From Octopus vulgaris (taxonomy: Eukaryota): DNA of 64,000 nt. Under the pieces are notes generated by a model. That model ran no database searches. It had not been told where the DNA came from and was given only the letters and a program-made list of their open reading frames with translations. The number at the start of each line of letters is the position of its first letter. Position 1 is the first letter of the stretch. Shown here in pieces: positions 25,527 to 39,167 of the stretch. The stretch spans positions 19,282,001-19,346,000 of the forward strand of contig OX597821.1 of the NCBI GenBank assembly GCA_951406725.2, read 5' to 3'. Both the position numbers and the translations under genes were made by a program.

Positions 25527-25564
25527 GGTTAGCAAGCTACTTACCACACAGCTACTCCTGCACC
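25527..25564 (-). mobile_element. SINE family 1, 5' head (A-box side) of the split copy
   Basis: Reverse complement GGTGCAGGAGTAGCTGTGTGGTAAGTAGCTTGCTAACC matches 7125-7162. Confidence 0.92.
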
Positions 25565-25566
25565 TA

Positions 25567-25597
<31 letters not shown>

Positions 25598-25612
25598 GTA
25601 TTTGTATGTATA

Positions 25613-26070
25613 TACAAGACAAACATTAAGAGCCGTTAGGTCAAGATGAATTGTAATGGATAACGCCTGGGAGAAATTTTGAAAGGATATACGATGAACC
25701 TATCTCTCTTTGTCTTTCTTTCACTCCCTACTATCTATCGTTTTTCTCCCTTCTCCTCAGTCCCTTTGTTTCTTTCCCACATCTTCTCTCGGCCCCCTTT
25801 CTTTCTTGCATCCTCTCTCTTGTCCCCCATGCACGCTGCCTGTTAATCGCACGTGGCTATAGGCCTTTTTTTCTCGCCTGTGTCTTTCTTCTTTGGATGC
25901 AACATCCAAATACCTGGATGTCATTTCCTATCTTCTCTGGTCTCTCAACAATTTTTTTCTTCACTTTTACTATTTTTTTCTCTTTAATTTATTCTATATC
26001 CTTTCAGAATTTATCCCAGACGTTACTCATTACAATTCGTCATGGCCTAACGGACCTTAGTGTCGATTGT
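25613..26070. repeat. Fold-back element: ~70-bp inverted arms around a pyrimidine-rich spacer
   Basis: CCGTTAGGTCAAGATGAATTGTAATGGATAACGCCTGGGAGAAATTTTGAAAGGATATA has its approximate reverse complement at ~25995-26055. Confidence 0.7.
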
Positions 26071-26116
26071 TTGATCTCTATGTCCACTCTGCTGTTGTTT
26101 GTTCGTTCGAAGCCCC

Positions 26117-26147
<31 letters not shown>

Positions 26148-26219
26148 TGTATATATCTACCTATTTATCTGGCTAGCTTTATAACATACATATAAGTGTA
26201 CTAAAAAATTGCATTTGTT

Positions 26220-26301
<82 letters not shown>

Positions 26302-26519
26302 AAGGTAGAGAGATAAATACATAGATAGATATATGAAATATATATTTGCCTTATAGAGACAACGGCGAATTTAGAATTACAATTGAAATTAAAGTGTTGG
26401 ACATGATGATATTGATGATGATGACGACGATGGTGATGATGACAAAGAGGAAGATGAGGAAGCGGATGGTTGAGGCAGTAACGTTCCTATCTTTTCAAAA
26501 TTCTATATGAAAATTGTAA

Positions 26520-27840
26520 CATAGCTTTCCCATGTAAGGAAGTTTTTCACGCTTCCAGCCTCTCCAGTTTCTCTGTTGTTACACTGAGGCAAGTTTGCAT
26601 TGCATCTGCATCAAATATGAGGTGAACTGTTGCCCAGGCATCTTAGGGCAAATATTCTCAACAGACACAGCATGGTACCTGATCTCTAATACTCAATTAT
26701 TCAAGGAGACATCGCAGCATCATTTTGCATGGAGTTGATATCTTAGTAATTTGTGAAAAGATGTCATATTACTCATATGTATCTACAAGTCTCACTGAAT
26801 ATTACTCTGTAACTACAACTCCCAGAGGTCTTGATTTTCGAGATTGCCGAGTGCTTTTGGCTGTAAGCGAAGGACTTGAAAATTTCCAGCTTCATATTGC
26901 ATGTTATTTTCTTCAGCACACTTGGATATTGAATTGAGATTTGGCTGTAGGTTTGCGGCATAATTTGGTTTTAAATTGTCCGTGAAATGATTTCCTACCT
27001 TAAATGTATCATAGGGAAATGGTTGTAGGCATAACAAGGGAATGTCTGATAGGGCCCTCACGGAGAGTAATGGCCTCAAGAAAGTTCCCGGTTGGAATCC
27101 ACTCAAAATCATTGATTCATTTGATAGAGAAAGGAGGAGAGAGTAAGATAGAGAAGGGGAGGGAGAAAGATTTGAGAGCACCGTTGGCTCCAACCTCTTA
27201 AAAAGTTGTACAATCACCATTCTAATTTCTCAGCAATTTCAAGATTACACACCCTGTGGCACCACCATTCCACAAACATTTATGAAAAGCTTTTGCAAAG
27301 TCGAGGAACATCACATCCACCTTGGAATGATTGCGTAATTTCGGAGCCCACTCTCGCAACTGAGTAGTTTAGTGTTAGTTTTCCTCTTTGATAATTCATT
27401 ACTCCATGTTTCTAAAAGTTGAAGTCAGTAAGGAGATAATGCTGTGGTTTTCAGCACCTGCTGTGCATCTCCCTAAATGACTATAGCACGTAGAATATTT
27501 CTTACTCCCTATAACATTATTGGGAATTTCCTACTACAAGACATTGGAGATTTGTTTCGAAAGATTTGCTAAAGCCTCTTTCCATGTTTTTAAAACGATT
27601 GCTGGAAATCCATGGGACACTATTAATGAGATTAAGCTTATTTGATCTATGGTCAATATTTAGAAGTTCATTATTTCTGACTATATAGTCGATGAACGTT
27701 GCTTCCCTGAGCAGAGGTATAGTGTTAAAGAAATCATTTGGTTTGTTTATGCGAACGTGTGCCAGCTTCATGCAGGACACAGTTTTGAATTCCTTACATA
27801 ACACCTCCTTATTCTGAAAGCATCTGCCATTACTGAACTA
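26520..27840 (-). mobile_element. Heavily decayed non-LTR RT relic
   Basis: Minus strand near 27290-27320 reads VDVMFLDFAKAF. Other motifs are only weakly recognisable. Confidence 0.4.
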
Positions 27841-28055
27841 TTTCCTTGTAACAATGGTCTAGTTTGTAATGCACCGTTGTTGACTTTCTAGTGAATTTGT
27901 GTAAAATATATATTAATAACATTATTTACATTTGACGAATATCTTGTTTGTTGTTAATATAACGTTTCATCAGATGTTTCGGGAAAATTTCGAACCTGGG
28001 TTCTCATTCCTAAGGAATTTTCGATGTTGTTGTTGTTGTTGTTGTTATTATTATT

Positions 28056-28177
<122 letters not shown>

Positions 28178-28236
28178 TGTCACTGCTTGGAATCGAACTC
28201 GGAATTTTGGGGTTAGTAGCCCGCGCTCTTAACCAA

Positions 28237-28372
28237 CTGATGAAGGCTGGAGAGTATATCAGCCGAAACGTTGTCTTAACACCAAACAAGATGACAAGAT
28301 GAGGACAAATATCAGTCAAATGTAAATAATATAAATAATGTACATACTTCCTCATCTCTTAAATATAGAATT
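28237..28372 (+). ncRNA. Hammerhead-like core in a truncated pLTR-type repeat
   Basis: CTGATGA-A-GGCTG-(10 nt)-CAGCC-GAAA-CGTTG-TC. The 5' strand of stem I is lost at a junction with a SINE head. Confidence 0.55.
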
Positions 28373-29534
28373 ATGTAAAATAAACTAGAGTTCGCTTTCA
28401 TAAATTCTCCTCAGTTGTTATCTCTGTCTCTTCCATGAAAGTTTTTGATTTTGTTATCAATGTTTTGGAGTCCTTTTAAGGCGGGATTTTCCATTATCAC
28501 GTAACTGTTTGAGCGATTTGAGACATTTATTATGCGATTAACAAGAACTTTCAATTTTTCTGCGTTTTTTTTATCTTACTTATATTGATCTGTTTTGCTG
28601 AAGCACATCTCATGAATTTGCTTTATATTACTGATATAAATTGCTCAATTTTATACCAGTCTCTGCTTGAAAATCAACCTGATTAGTATGCATTAACGAT
28701 CGTTTTTAAATCGAATTTCGCTTACATTTGTGAAAAATCAAGCGTATTAGATGTCGAGAACTTTTTTGCATGGTGCGTGTCAACGGATTGCTTTGGACAA
28801 TATCTTGTAATGTGAGAAAACTGTCGTTGTCACTGACACGATTTGGAAAAGATGCATCTTACTCTAAAGAAGAGGTTTAAAAATATTAAGAATAATTTCT
28901 TCCATGAACTATATATCAGAAATTTAAAGTAGCTATCATGCCGGTCTATATACGCAGAGTGACATAACCGCGAAAATTTGTATTCGAGACAATTATCCCA
29001 ATAACAAAGAGTCTTTAATCACAATCTCGTTCTGATCATCAAATTCCTATCTGTCTCACTGGCTGTCTGTATGCACGTATGTACATATGTATGTGTACAT
29101 GTATATATGTGTGCATGCAAAAAGGTAAGCGGGTAGATAAGATAGGTGGTACCTATCTACATAAGTTGGTATGCAGATAGGTACAGAGGGTGAGAGAAAA
29201 ATATCCCTTGGCATCCTGCTGCAAGAGAAGTTCAGCAGATAGCAACGACGTACCTAATGTTCCGGTCCTTCTTTCCATGTTTGTTTGTTACCATTATGGT
29301 ATGGTCAGTTGTACGCAGTGCGTTTATTTTTCAAAAGGTTATCTAGAATGGTGAAATTGTAAGATACAGCCTACTGGAGCCTACTGAGAACTCTCTAGAG
29401 AACTAATTCCAGCATAGCACTACAGTTATTAATTAAGAAACTAATTGTTAGTTAATACATTGTAGATTGTGGACAGCAGGAAAATGCCTATATATATATA
29501 TATATATATATGTATATTTATGTAAATATAATAT

Positions 29535-29762
29535 GTAACAATTATTCGGTACACATGATAAAACTCTGAGTTTGGGATGTTGGGGCGGAAACTCGCAACG
29601 GCATCTCTTCAATTATCGGGCCATCAAAAAATACAATGAAAATGCGATTTTTTCATAGAATTTTTTGTTGACCCGATAACTGAAGAGATGCCGGTGCGGG
29701 TTTCCGCCCCGACGTCCGAAACTCGGAGTTTTATCATGACTACCTAAAAATTGTCACATTTA
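29535..29762. mobile_element. Fold-back palindrome of two inverted hammerhead-bearing arms
   Basis: Right arm GATAA-CTGAAGA-GATG...CGTC-C-GAAA-CTCGGAG-TT-TTATC (29675-29735). Left arm is the degenerate reverse complement. Confidence 0.8.
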
Positions 29763-30121
29763 CAGATATACTTACATATTTACATATATATTCCTCTATT
29801 TACATAATATCGATGTCCCTTTCAATCTTTTGTTGTCTTACCATTATTATCAATATATACACACACACACATACACACACATATATATATATGTTAATAT
29901 TTATATATATATACATATATATATACATATACACGTACCTATGTAAATACATACATACATACACACACATATAGATTGATATGCATGCATATATTTTCAT
30001 TGACACCCACACAAACACACTCACACATATGTAAGTCAATTGTATACATGTATATATATATGTATTTTAAATATATAAATGTAGGTATTTATAATAATAA
30101 TAATAACAACAAAAACAACAA

Positions 30122-30379
30122 CCTGTTGTGTCTGTGGAGAGTCAATTTCTTTTTGTGCTTTATAATTTAACACAGTCAACATTAAAATTTCCACTTATTC
30201 CATATTTTTATTTTCCTAAAACTTTCGTTGCGTCTTGCAACCTTTTCAAGACTATTGAAAAGGTTGCAGGACGCAACGAAAATTTTAGGCAATAAAAATA
30301 AGAAAAAACGTGGAAATTTTACTGGTGACTGTGTTAAATTATAAAGCAGAAGAAGAAATGACTCTCCCAGACACAACAG
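30122..30379. mobile_element. Fold-back palindrome with ~125-bp arms and a 5-nt loop
   Basis: ...TTTCGTTGCGTCTTGCAACCTTTTCAA-gacta-TTGAAAAGGTTGCAGGACGCAACGAAA... Arms extend to CTGTTGTGTCTG / CAGACACAACAG. Confidence 0.85.
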
Positions 30380-30399
30380 AATATGCTTCAACACACGAA

Positions 30400-30860
30400 C
30401 TCACAGCCCGCAGCTGCTGCGTCGAATGAGAGTAAGGCCATGGTAGAATGACCGAGCAGGGAGATGGAGTACATGTCCGTACCAGAGCATGTAACGGACA
30501 GCTATGCTGGCTGATGTGTGCACGCATGCAGTTAGTTGTTGGAAACGTGATGGTACCATCTGATTTTCTCGATGGTTTTCAAGGCTCGACTATTCAAGCG
30601 GTCGATCCTCTCTGCCAGGTTCTTCGAGAGAGGCCACGTTTCTGTTTCATAGAGGAGAAGGTAGAGCCCTGATGCGTTGTAGATGCGGATATTCGTCTTT
30701 CGGGAGCAGTATCGCCAAAAGAGATGCCATAGGGTGTAGATGACCCCCGGCGGCCAGACCACATCTGCGGTGGATCTCCTGCGTCACGTTGTCATTTTTG
30801 GTGACTGTAGACCCCAGGTAGATGAAGGAGCTGACAAACTTCACGGCGTCGTGGTCAATA
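30400..30860 (-). mobile_element. RTE-like RT 3' fragment
   Basis: FIYLGS...QEIHRRCGLA...IRIYNA...LLYETETWPL. Confidence 0.75.
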
Positions 30861-31486
30861 TGATGCATGCATGTTTATAAAATGGGAATAGTATAAACAT
30901 ATCACACACACACACATGTATTAGATGCATAGATATATATTTGTAATAACCTGTTGGCAGTTGCAAACGTTTTCTAATGTTAAACCAACAAAGCTGCATG
31001 ATAAATGCTTTTTCTACCTTCTAGCTAATATAATTAGCAAGTAAACATCTATCTGGATTCATTAAATACTTATGGAATCTTCTGTACTTTCAAGTTTAAG
31101 CAATTTCCTTTGAACTAATTACACTTTTATAAACGAATTTCAGAAATTGGGAATGGAATTGTAAATTTTAATTGAATTTCCAAATTGATTAGGTCAAATT
31201 CCGTTGAACATCATCCATCATAACTACAAACTTTCGGCTTATGCACACACAGACATACGCACTTATGTATATATGTATATATTTATGTACGTGTGTGTAT
31301 ATATGTATATATGCGTATATGTGTTTTGAATAGGCGCAGGTGTGGCTGTGTCGTAAGAAGCTTGCTTACCAACCATATGATTCAGGGTTCAGCCGGAAAC
31401 GTGTCTTCTATTATAGTCTCGGAATGACTAAAGACTTGTGAGTGGATTTGGTATATGGAAACTGAAAGAAGCCGGTCGTATATATA

Positions 31487-31680
31487 GGGAGAGTTTACGA
31501 AAAAAGCAAAAGACGAAGACAGGTGGTGTACAAAACAAACAGATGTATTAGTATAACGCTCAGGAATAGAAAAAGTCTTTTACGTTTCGAGCCAACACTC
31601 TTCTACAGAAAGGGACACAGAAAAAACAAGGAGAGAAAAACGATGTGTGTAGTGGCTAACGGTCTATCATGGTGACTCAT
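31487..31680 (-). repeat. pLTR-type repeat with a variant hammerhead, placed at the (TA)n of a partial SINE
   Basis: Minus strand CTTT-CTGTAGAA-GAGT-GTTG-GCTC-GAAA-CG-TA-AAAG (31577-31612). Confidence 0.5.
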
Positions 31681-31709
31681 ATTCATATATTTATATATAT
31701 ATATATGTA

Positions 31710-32490
31710 TGTAACGACCAAAGTAGCTACATCTAAAATATCTAAACGAGATATAAGTAGTAACAATACTACTTGGTAACGTTTTTCTGCCACTATAACA
31801 AGGCTGTCCAATAAAAAAATGTTACTACATTTTAACTCCAGGAAAACGTCCTTTCCAACTGGGTAATGACGCACAAACTGTGTCCGATAGATTATGAGAA
31901 AGGGAGTGAATCACTATCCCCCAGCTTGACAAGGCCAGTAGACCATAGCTTCTGTGATTTTACCTTTCAGCGATATTGGATACGTGCCTGGTACAGATAG
32001 CACTCAATCGTCCGTACTCACAATATATATACACAGAGAAGCGGCAAACAGCCTCTGATCTCGTAACGACGAAAGTAATTAGTTCCAAAATATCTAAACG
32101 AGATATAATTAGTAACAATATTAGACGGTAATGATTTTTTTGCTACTATATGTGTGAGTAGGGATGATTGACTGCCATCTCTACCTGGCAGGTAGCCACT
32201 ACCGATGCAGAGTAAAGACTCAGAAACCATGGGCTACTGGTATTGCCAAACTGGGAGGAGTGATTCGCTCCCTTACTCACAATATATTTCCCACATGTTC
32301 CGTGTCGTTAACCAGTTGGAAAAGACGTTTTCCTTGGATAAAAATGTAGTAACATAGTTCTTTAAAGAACAGCCATGTTATAATAGCAAAATAAACCCCC
32401 CCAAAAAACCCTACTGTCTAGATTGCTACTACTTATATCCCGTTTAGAGATTTCAGAACTCACTACTTTGCTCGTTATGAGATCAGCGGC
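31710..32490. mobile_element. Two adjacent, oppositely oriented copies of a MITE-like element with ~100-bp TIRs
   Basis: TIR CTGATCTCGTAACGACGAAAGTA...TATCTAAACGAGATATAA at ~32055, with reverse complement at ~32420-32486. Inverted partial copy at 31710-32030. A third internal copy lies at 33815-34285. Confidence 0.7.
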
Positions 32491-32894
32491 GGTCCTCTGT
32501 TTAGAAATAACACGGCTGGCACTTGTGTATTACAGGTATTACACTTTTGCCAGCTGAGTGGACTGGAAGTGTACCGTGATACAACGCGCCGCAGGTTTTC
32601 GAACGGATGATCGTGAGCCGAATGCCGTAACCTCTCAGCTACGCGCCAGCATAAGCAGCTGGCAATTGCATAATCTCTTATTGTTATACCAACATACACA
32701 GATGACGACATACACACTGAAACACAGTCACATATTGCTACGTACATATACATACATACAGTCTATTCGTTTTATACATTCAGGCATGCACACACATATA
32801 TAAACACACATCCATATGCGCAGATATCAGCAGACATTCCACACGCAGTCTGTATGTTAATTATACAGATACAAACATACACATTCAGTCATTG

Positions 32895-33690
32895 TTTCAC
32901 ACACACACACATACACACAAAGTCTTATTCAGTTATGCGCACACGCACAACAACACACACATTCAGCGACTCATACACTCACGTGCACGCATACACACAC
33001 ACACACATACACACACGCACACACACACATACACACACACATACACACAAAGTCTTATTCAGTTATGCGCACACACACAAACACACACACATTCAGCGTC
33101 TCATACACTCACGTGTAGGCATACACACACACACACATATATACACGCACACACGTGCACACACACATACACACACAACGTCTTATTCAGTTATGCGCAC
33201 ACGCACAAACACACACACATTCAGCGACGTATACACTCACGTGCACGCATACACACACACACACGCACATGCACAGTCTCATACAGTTAAACGCGCGCAC
33301 GCACATACACACATACAGTCTAATACAGTTACGCGTACAGAGACATACAGTCTCATACGGGTAGGTACTCGAGCATACACACAGTCTCATACGGGTAGGT
33401 ACTCGAGCATACACACAGTCTCATACAGTCATACGTGCACACACAAACATACAGACACGCGCACATACACGGTCTCACACACACACAAATACACATAGTC
33501 TCATACAGTTACACACGCATACACAAGCACACGCACACACACAATGTCAAAGAGTCGTGCGCGCACACAAACACACGGGCTTATAGTGTTAGGTGCGCAC
33601 ACCCACACACAGCCTCATACAGTTATGCGTACACACATAAAAGCAGTCAAACACACAATGTCATACAGTTATACGCACACACACACACAC
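32895..33690. repeat. CA-derived complex minisatellite (~120-bp and 36-bp higher-order units)
   Basis: GTCTTATTCAGTTATGCGCACAC three times; ACAGTCTCATACGGGTAGGTACTCGAGCATAC twice. Confidence 0.85.
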
Positions 33691-33865
33691 ACACACATAC
33701 AAACACCAGCAGTCAATCAGCGTCATATTTTTTATTTATTTATTATTTATTGGAACGCTAAAATCTTTATAGGGCTAACTGACGGTGGCGGAGGCGGCGG
33801 TAGGGACTATATAGATGAGTAGGGGACGATATACTGCCATCTCTAGCAAGCAGGTGTTCAGTACC

Positions 33866-34092
33866 TGTTTCTTTACTACCTACAAGAGGCTAAACACAGA
33901 GAGGACAAACAAGGACAGACAAACGGATTAAGTCGATTATATCGACCTCAGTGCGTAACTGGTACTTATTTAATCGACCCCGAAAGGATGAAAGGCAAAG
34001 TCGACCTCGGCGGAATTTGAACTCAGAACGTAGCGGCAGACGAAATACTGCTAAGCATTTCGCCCGGCGTGCTAACGTTACTGCCAGCTCGC
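33866..34092 (-). mobile_element. SINE family 2 with a Tx1-like tail and an 11-bp TSD
   Basis: TSD TGTTCAGTACC at 33855-33865 and 34093-34103. Inserted within the MITE-like copy. Confidence 0.9.
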
Positions 34093-35059
34093 TGTTCAGT
34101 ACCAATAAACGGTAGAGACCCATTAACCATGGTCTTGCCAAGCTGGGGAGTGGGGAGTGATTCGTTCCCTTGCTCACAATATGCCGGCACATGTTGTGAG
34201 TCGTTAACCAACTGGAGAAGACGTCTTCCTGGGGTTAAAATGTCGTAACACAGTATTTTTTTTATAGAACATCTATATTATAGTGACATTTAACGTTACA
34301 ATGTGTGTGTGTGTATGTGTGTGCGTGTGTGTGTGCCTGTGTGTCTTTGTGTCTTTGTCGCTCACCACCGCTGGAGAACCGGTGTTGATTTGTTTACATT
34401 CCCGTGACTTGGCGGTTCGACAAAAACACGCCGATAGAATATGTACCAGGTTTCAAAATAAATAAGTACTGGGAGTCATTTCAGTCGACTAAAATTTCGA
34501 AATTGTGTCCCTGTATGGCCGCAGTCTTATGACCGAGATAGGTAAATAGTAAATGATAAAAGATACATGTTCAAGAGAATTCCACAATTCAACGCTGCTG
34601 AGTTTGTTCATTCTGCGCGCATTCAGACCAACCCACACCAGGAAAAGATAGGACAGGTCAGACCAGTCACACGATACATCTCCGCATGTCAGGTTAAAAT
34701 CGAACTAGTAATAAAGCTCAGTACTCTGTGGCAGGATCATATGGAAGTTTTCCAAAGTTATAGATTAAATCTTCTCAAACTTAGAACCTATTTAATTCTA
34801 ATCATCGCCCAGGATTTCACCGGAAACTTGTCTTCCTTTCCACTAGGCCCCTGTAGGAAGTGAACGTAATGTGTCATCGTTTGTATTGCCCTCCTTGTAA
34901 AAGGGTTTGATTGTTTGACCAAGTTGCAGACATTTGATCCCTGTATATGACCTTCGATTGTCCTTTTGTCGTGAAAGACATTGCCTTTACAATAAGCAAT
35001 AAATCGGCACTTCTTGTGGTTCACTGCGTTTAATTCGCCCAGTTGCTCATAATGCATAT

Positions 35060-35640
35060 ACAAATTGAGGGTCCTGCACATACAAATTGAGATAACACCC
35101 TCCCAATCCCATGACTTTGCAAGCGTAACCAGCTTCAGAACGTGTTTGTAGATGGTTACCGCGCTTATCCGCTATCACTTGCGCTTGTTATTGACGATCC
35201 TATTTCGTCTTCTGTGACCATTCTCTTCAAAAAACGATCGCTTTCTTCAGTTTCTGCAACGAATTATAGATGGAAATCTGTTAGGCACGATTTGCGTCAT
35301 TCATATGATGTGAGACCTAAATATCGAGCCTTCTGACATAACCAAGTTGACGCAGATGATCCTCAAAACTTGATTTGGGTATTTGGGAAATATCTGGCTC
35401 ATCTTGGTCGTATAACGGTTGTTGATGTCACTGTTATTCTTATTTGACTACCCGAAAAATTTCCCAGTCGAAATTTTGAGAACACCTTCTAGCACAAGCA
35501 TTCCGTAACACCAGTCTCTCTGAACATAGCGCATATCTTCCTGCAGGTTTCAGCCGCATTCTTGCCTTTAAGACCACAAAAAAAACCCAACAATTATCTG
35601 GTCACGATAATGTTCGTTTCTGGTTCTCCCTTTTCCGGGT
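35060..35640 (-). mobile_element. Decayed mariner transposase relic
   Basis: EDHLRQLGYVRRLDI*VSH, FLKRMVTEDE and WDWEGVI motifs. Confidence 0.7.
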
Positions 35641-35850
35641 GACCACAAATATACAACGTCGGTAAATTAAGTTCACATCTAACTACATTCAAGTGTTATG
35701 TGTCCAACAAGTGCCAATGCACAAAGAACAGACTGCAGTTAGATACTTATTACAGTCATGGAATTTAGTGTCGACAGAAACCGACAAGACTTTTTGGCCA
35801 ACTCAATATGTGTGTGTGTGTGTTTCATATATGTATGTAAATATTTTTAT

Positions 35851-35933
<83 letters not shown>

Positions 35934-36455
35934 TGTGCATAGATGTGTGTGATGTGTGTACATGTACGTGTGCGTGTGCACACGTATTAGTAGTAAGAAT
36001 GAATAGAAGTATCTTATGATAGGCAATTGTTTCTGAAGCATTATTTATTATGCTGACAACACAAAAGAATTGCCAGGAAAATGAGGAAGAAATGATATAA
36101 AAGAATAAACCAAATTCGAATTAAGAAAAAACAAAATCAGAGAAAAATAATTAGAACGAAAGCCAGAAAGGACATTGAATGATATTGAAGAACACTTGAC
36201 CATATCATAAAGTCCAGAAATTCTTCATTTCCTTTCAGAGCTGCCAAAATATCTTCATTGTTTCGTGCTGAATAGTGTCTGGTATTCTGGTAAGAATTTG
36301 GCTGTTGGTGCCATAGATATAGAATTCGGTTTGTAAGTGGTAAAGAGGTGCGGAAACAATAAAATTAACTTACGCATGTGCTATTCATGTTTAGTTGTGC
36401 CTAATTACCCGTATTAATATTGTTATGTTACAAGATAATGACGAAGGTAATTACA

Positions 36456-36504
<49 letters not shown>

Positions 36505-36520
36505 CAACAACAACAACAGC

Positions 36521-36581
<61 letters not shown>

Positions 36582-37189
36582 TTGGCATTGATGATGATTA
36601 TGTTGATCAAAATTCTAAAGCTAATAATGTTTCATCAGAAACATCTATTTCTAAACGCGTATGCGTGTGTATTATATACACAGATATCAAGTCATAGATA
36701 TATACGACTACAAATTCACACAAACGTGTGTGTGTGTGAGGTCAGAGAGCAGTAATTATGTAATACATTAAAATATGTGCCTAGTCGGGCATGTAGGTGA
36801 TTAAAACGGTTTGAAACTCTACCGAATAAAACGCAAAACCTATCAAAAAGACTAAATGAACTTCGCTGTCAAAGGACATCGATTAACGATTATGTAAATT
36901 CGTTTAAATGGATAGAGAACTCTACTGATTCACAGCTGCTGTTATTCGGTAATAAATATGTTGTATTAGTCTGCTGTATATACTACAGTTCAACGCGAGA
37001 ATGTTACTTGTAAGTACAAAAGTTATCACCACGATGTGACTTGTGCAAGTAGCTCGATATCAGTAAAACAGTAGTACTCCAGATCGATCAATGTTCAAGT
37101 TACCAAAGATCTCAACTCCAATCTACAGCAGACACATAAGCAAAAACGTTACTAGGATGATTGAAAGGAGTTTCATATACTTCTATGGA

Positions 37190-37455
37190 ATTTTGGAACA
37201 TTGCTAAGAAGCGGGTTGACTGATTTGTCAGTCCCACGAGCTGAAAACGTTCAGCATCAAAAAAGTGCTCTCTGAGAGGCCAGTTACCAGAATATGATAG
37301 AATCGTGGACGTGGAGTACACATTCTTTTGGGATGGGAAACTAGCAGACAAGAGACGCGAACCATAAATTGTTTTCTTTATAGAAACATCTACATTTTGG
37401 TCGGATTAGAACAAACACGAACTGCTATTTGAAACGGATAATGAGTATGAGGATT
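37190..37455 (+). mobile_element. RTE APE N-terminal fragment
   Basis: HELKTFSI..ALSE...EYTFFWDGK...KRRE, homologous to the 12900-13100 region. Confidence 0.6.
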
Positions 37456-37544
37456 CTCATTGAATCAGACTACTATCCCTTCTTGAATCCAGGTAATCCA
37501 GAAAATTATTTTTACCACACATTACAAATTAGAATGTCCAAGTC

Positions 37545-37765
37545 CAATATAATCGTTTCTTATCTAGGAACAAGGCCCGAGATTTTGGGAGAGGGGCTCA
37601 GTCAATTTGATCGACTTCAGTACGCAAATGGCACTTAATTTATCGACTCTGAAAGGATGACAGGCAAAGTCGAAGTCGGCGGCATTTGAACTCAGAACGT
37701 TAAGACAGACGAAATACCACTAAGCAATTCGCCCGGCGTGCTAAAGTTTCTGCCTGCTCGCTGTC
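37545..37765 (-). mobile_element. SINE family 2 with the alternative tail
   Basis: Reverse complement of the family-2 body, with the CCCCTCTCCCAAAATCTCGGGCCTTGTTCCTAGA tail. Confidence 0.8.
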
Positions 37766-38728
37766 TTGAATGTCCAATATAATAGAAGAGATAATGTGAC
37801 ACTAATGATTGATTTCAGCGACCGCTTTGGACATAGAATGATAAGATGCAATACAAAACTACTTATTTTATACACGAAGACCTTAGCATTACCGAGTATT
37901 ACGCATTCATAACACTTGTGATTGACGTCATGAGTGAAGGACATGCATGTGTTTCTGATTTCTTACGCATCATTAGTCATGAATACAGAATGAGTTGTTG
38001 ATGGCCTTATGAAAACCACAGGTTTCATATATATATATATATATATATAGTCTCCCGAGATTACTTCTGAAGCGATAGGCCCGCTCACGTTCGAATGTAC
38101 ACGAACATATTAAACATATTTTTTTCAACGATACATTTTGTGAAAACGCTTGGTTAAACTAGAATTCCACTAAAGCAACTTGAAATATATATAATCGTAC
38201 TATGTGTTTCTCTAATAAATGAGAACTATTGTTATTATGATGCTCTAAAAAACGACATTGGCTTCGTAGCTGACTATGCGCATGAAGCAGAAATGTTTAG
38301 GTACTGAGATCTGATGTTGTAATTCATAGCCCAATACATATTCCACATAATGTCAATGAGAGTAATTCCGCACCGAATGATTCTCCCGCGTCTTACTGTA
38401 CTAAAACAATGTGTTAAATAGAATTTATACGATTATATATCGAATATTGGTGTAGCGTCAGCTAGATTAGGTAAAAAGATAAGTCGACTACATCAACCCT
38501 AGTGTTCAACTGTTATTTATTTTAACGATCTCGAAAGGATAAGAGTCGACATCGCAGAGCATCAACCAACAGGTAGAGTACGACGAACACAGGTAAGTAT
38601 TTGGCCCGACGTGCTAACAATTCTGCCAACTTCCTTTTTCTTTCTCTCTCTTCCTCTCTCTCTTTCTCTCTCTTCCTCTCTCTCTTTCTCTCTGTCTGTC
38701 TGTCTGTATCTCTCTCTCTCTATATATA

Positions 38729-38960
38729 TATATAACAGTAATTTTAGAGACAGAACCACCTTCAACTCAATCAACACTGAAAATTTTATACCCGATCACT
38801 GCATAAAATGTTAAAAATTAAATCTTATACTTACTATATCTATTCAGAATAGCTATAGTATAAGATTTTTTTTAAACATTTTATGGAGTGTTCAGGTATA
38901 AAATCTTTTCAGTGTTGATTTAATAGAAGGTGGTTCTGTTTCTAAAATTACTTTTATATA
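38729..38960. repeat. Fold-back palindrome with ~105-bp arms
   Basis: AGTAATTTTAGAGACAGAACCACCTTC...AATCTTATACT versus AGTATAAGATT...GAAGGTGGTTCTGTTTCTAAAATTACT. Flanked by (TA)n. Confidence 0.8.
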
Positions 38961-39043
38961 TACGAATTAAACATTGAGAGATGTTCATTTTAGTACATCT
39001 AATTTGAATGCCGTTTTCCTGTGTACTCGTAAGTAATATTCCC

Positions 39044-39079
<36 letters not shown>

Positions 39080-39167
39080 TAATAATAATAATATAATATA
39101 TATATATATATATATATGCTTGTATATGTATATGTATAAGCATGTATATATATATATATATTCCTCT

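Noticed and set aside
17824-25542. Interpreting the three 16-bp repeats as LTRs or CRISPR-like repeats
   Set aside because: The 16-mer is native single-copy SINE sequence (7147-7162), so the repeats are target-site duplications. Context is eukaryotic and no cas genes are present.
28400-29050. Possible Tc1-like relic (similar impression at 39720-40300)
   Set aside because: Too decayed; no diagnostic motif could be read.
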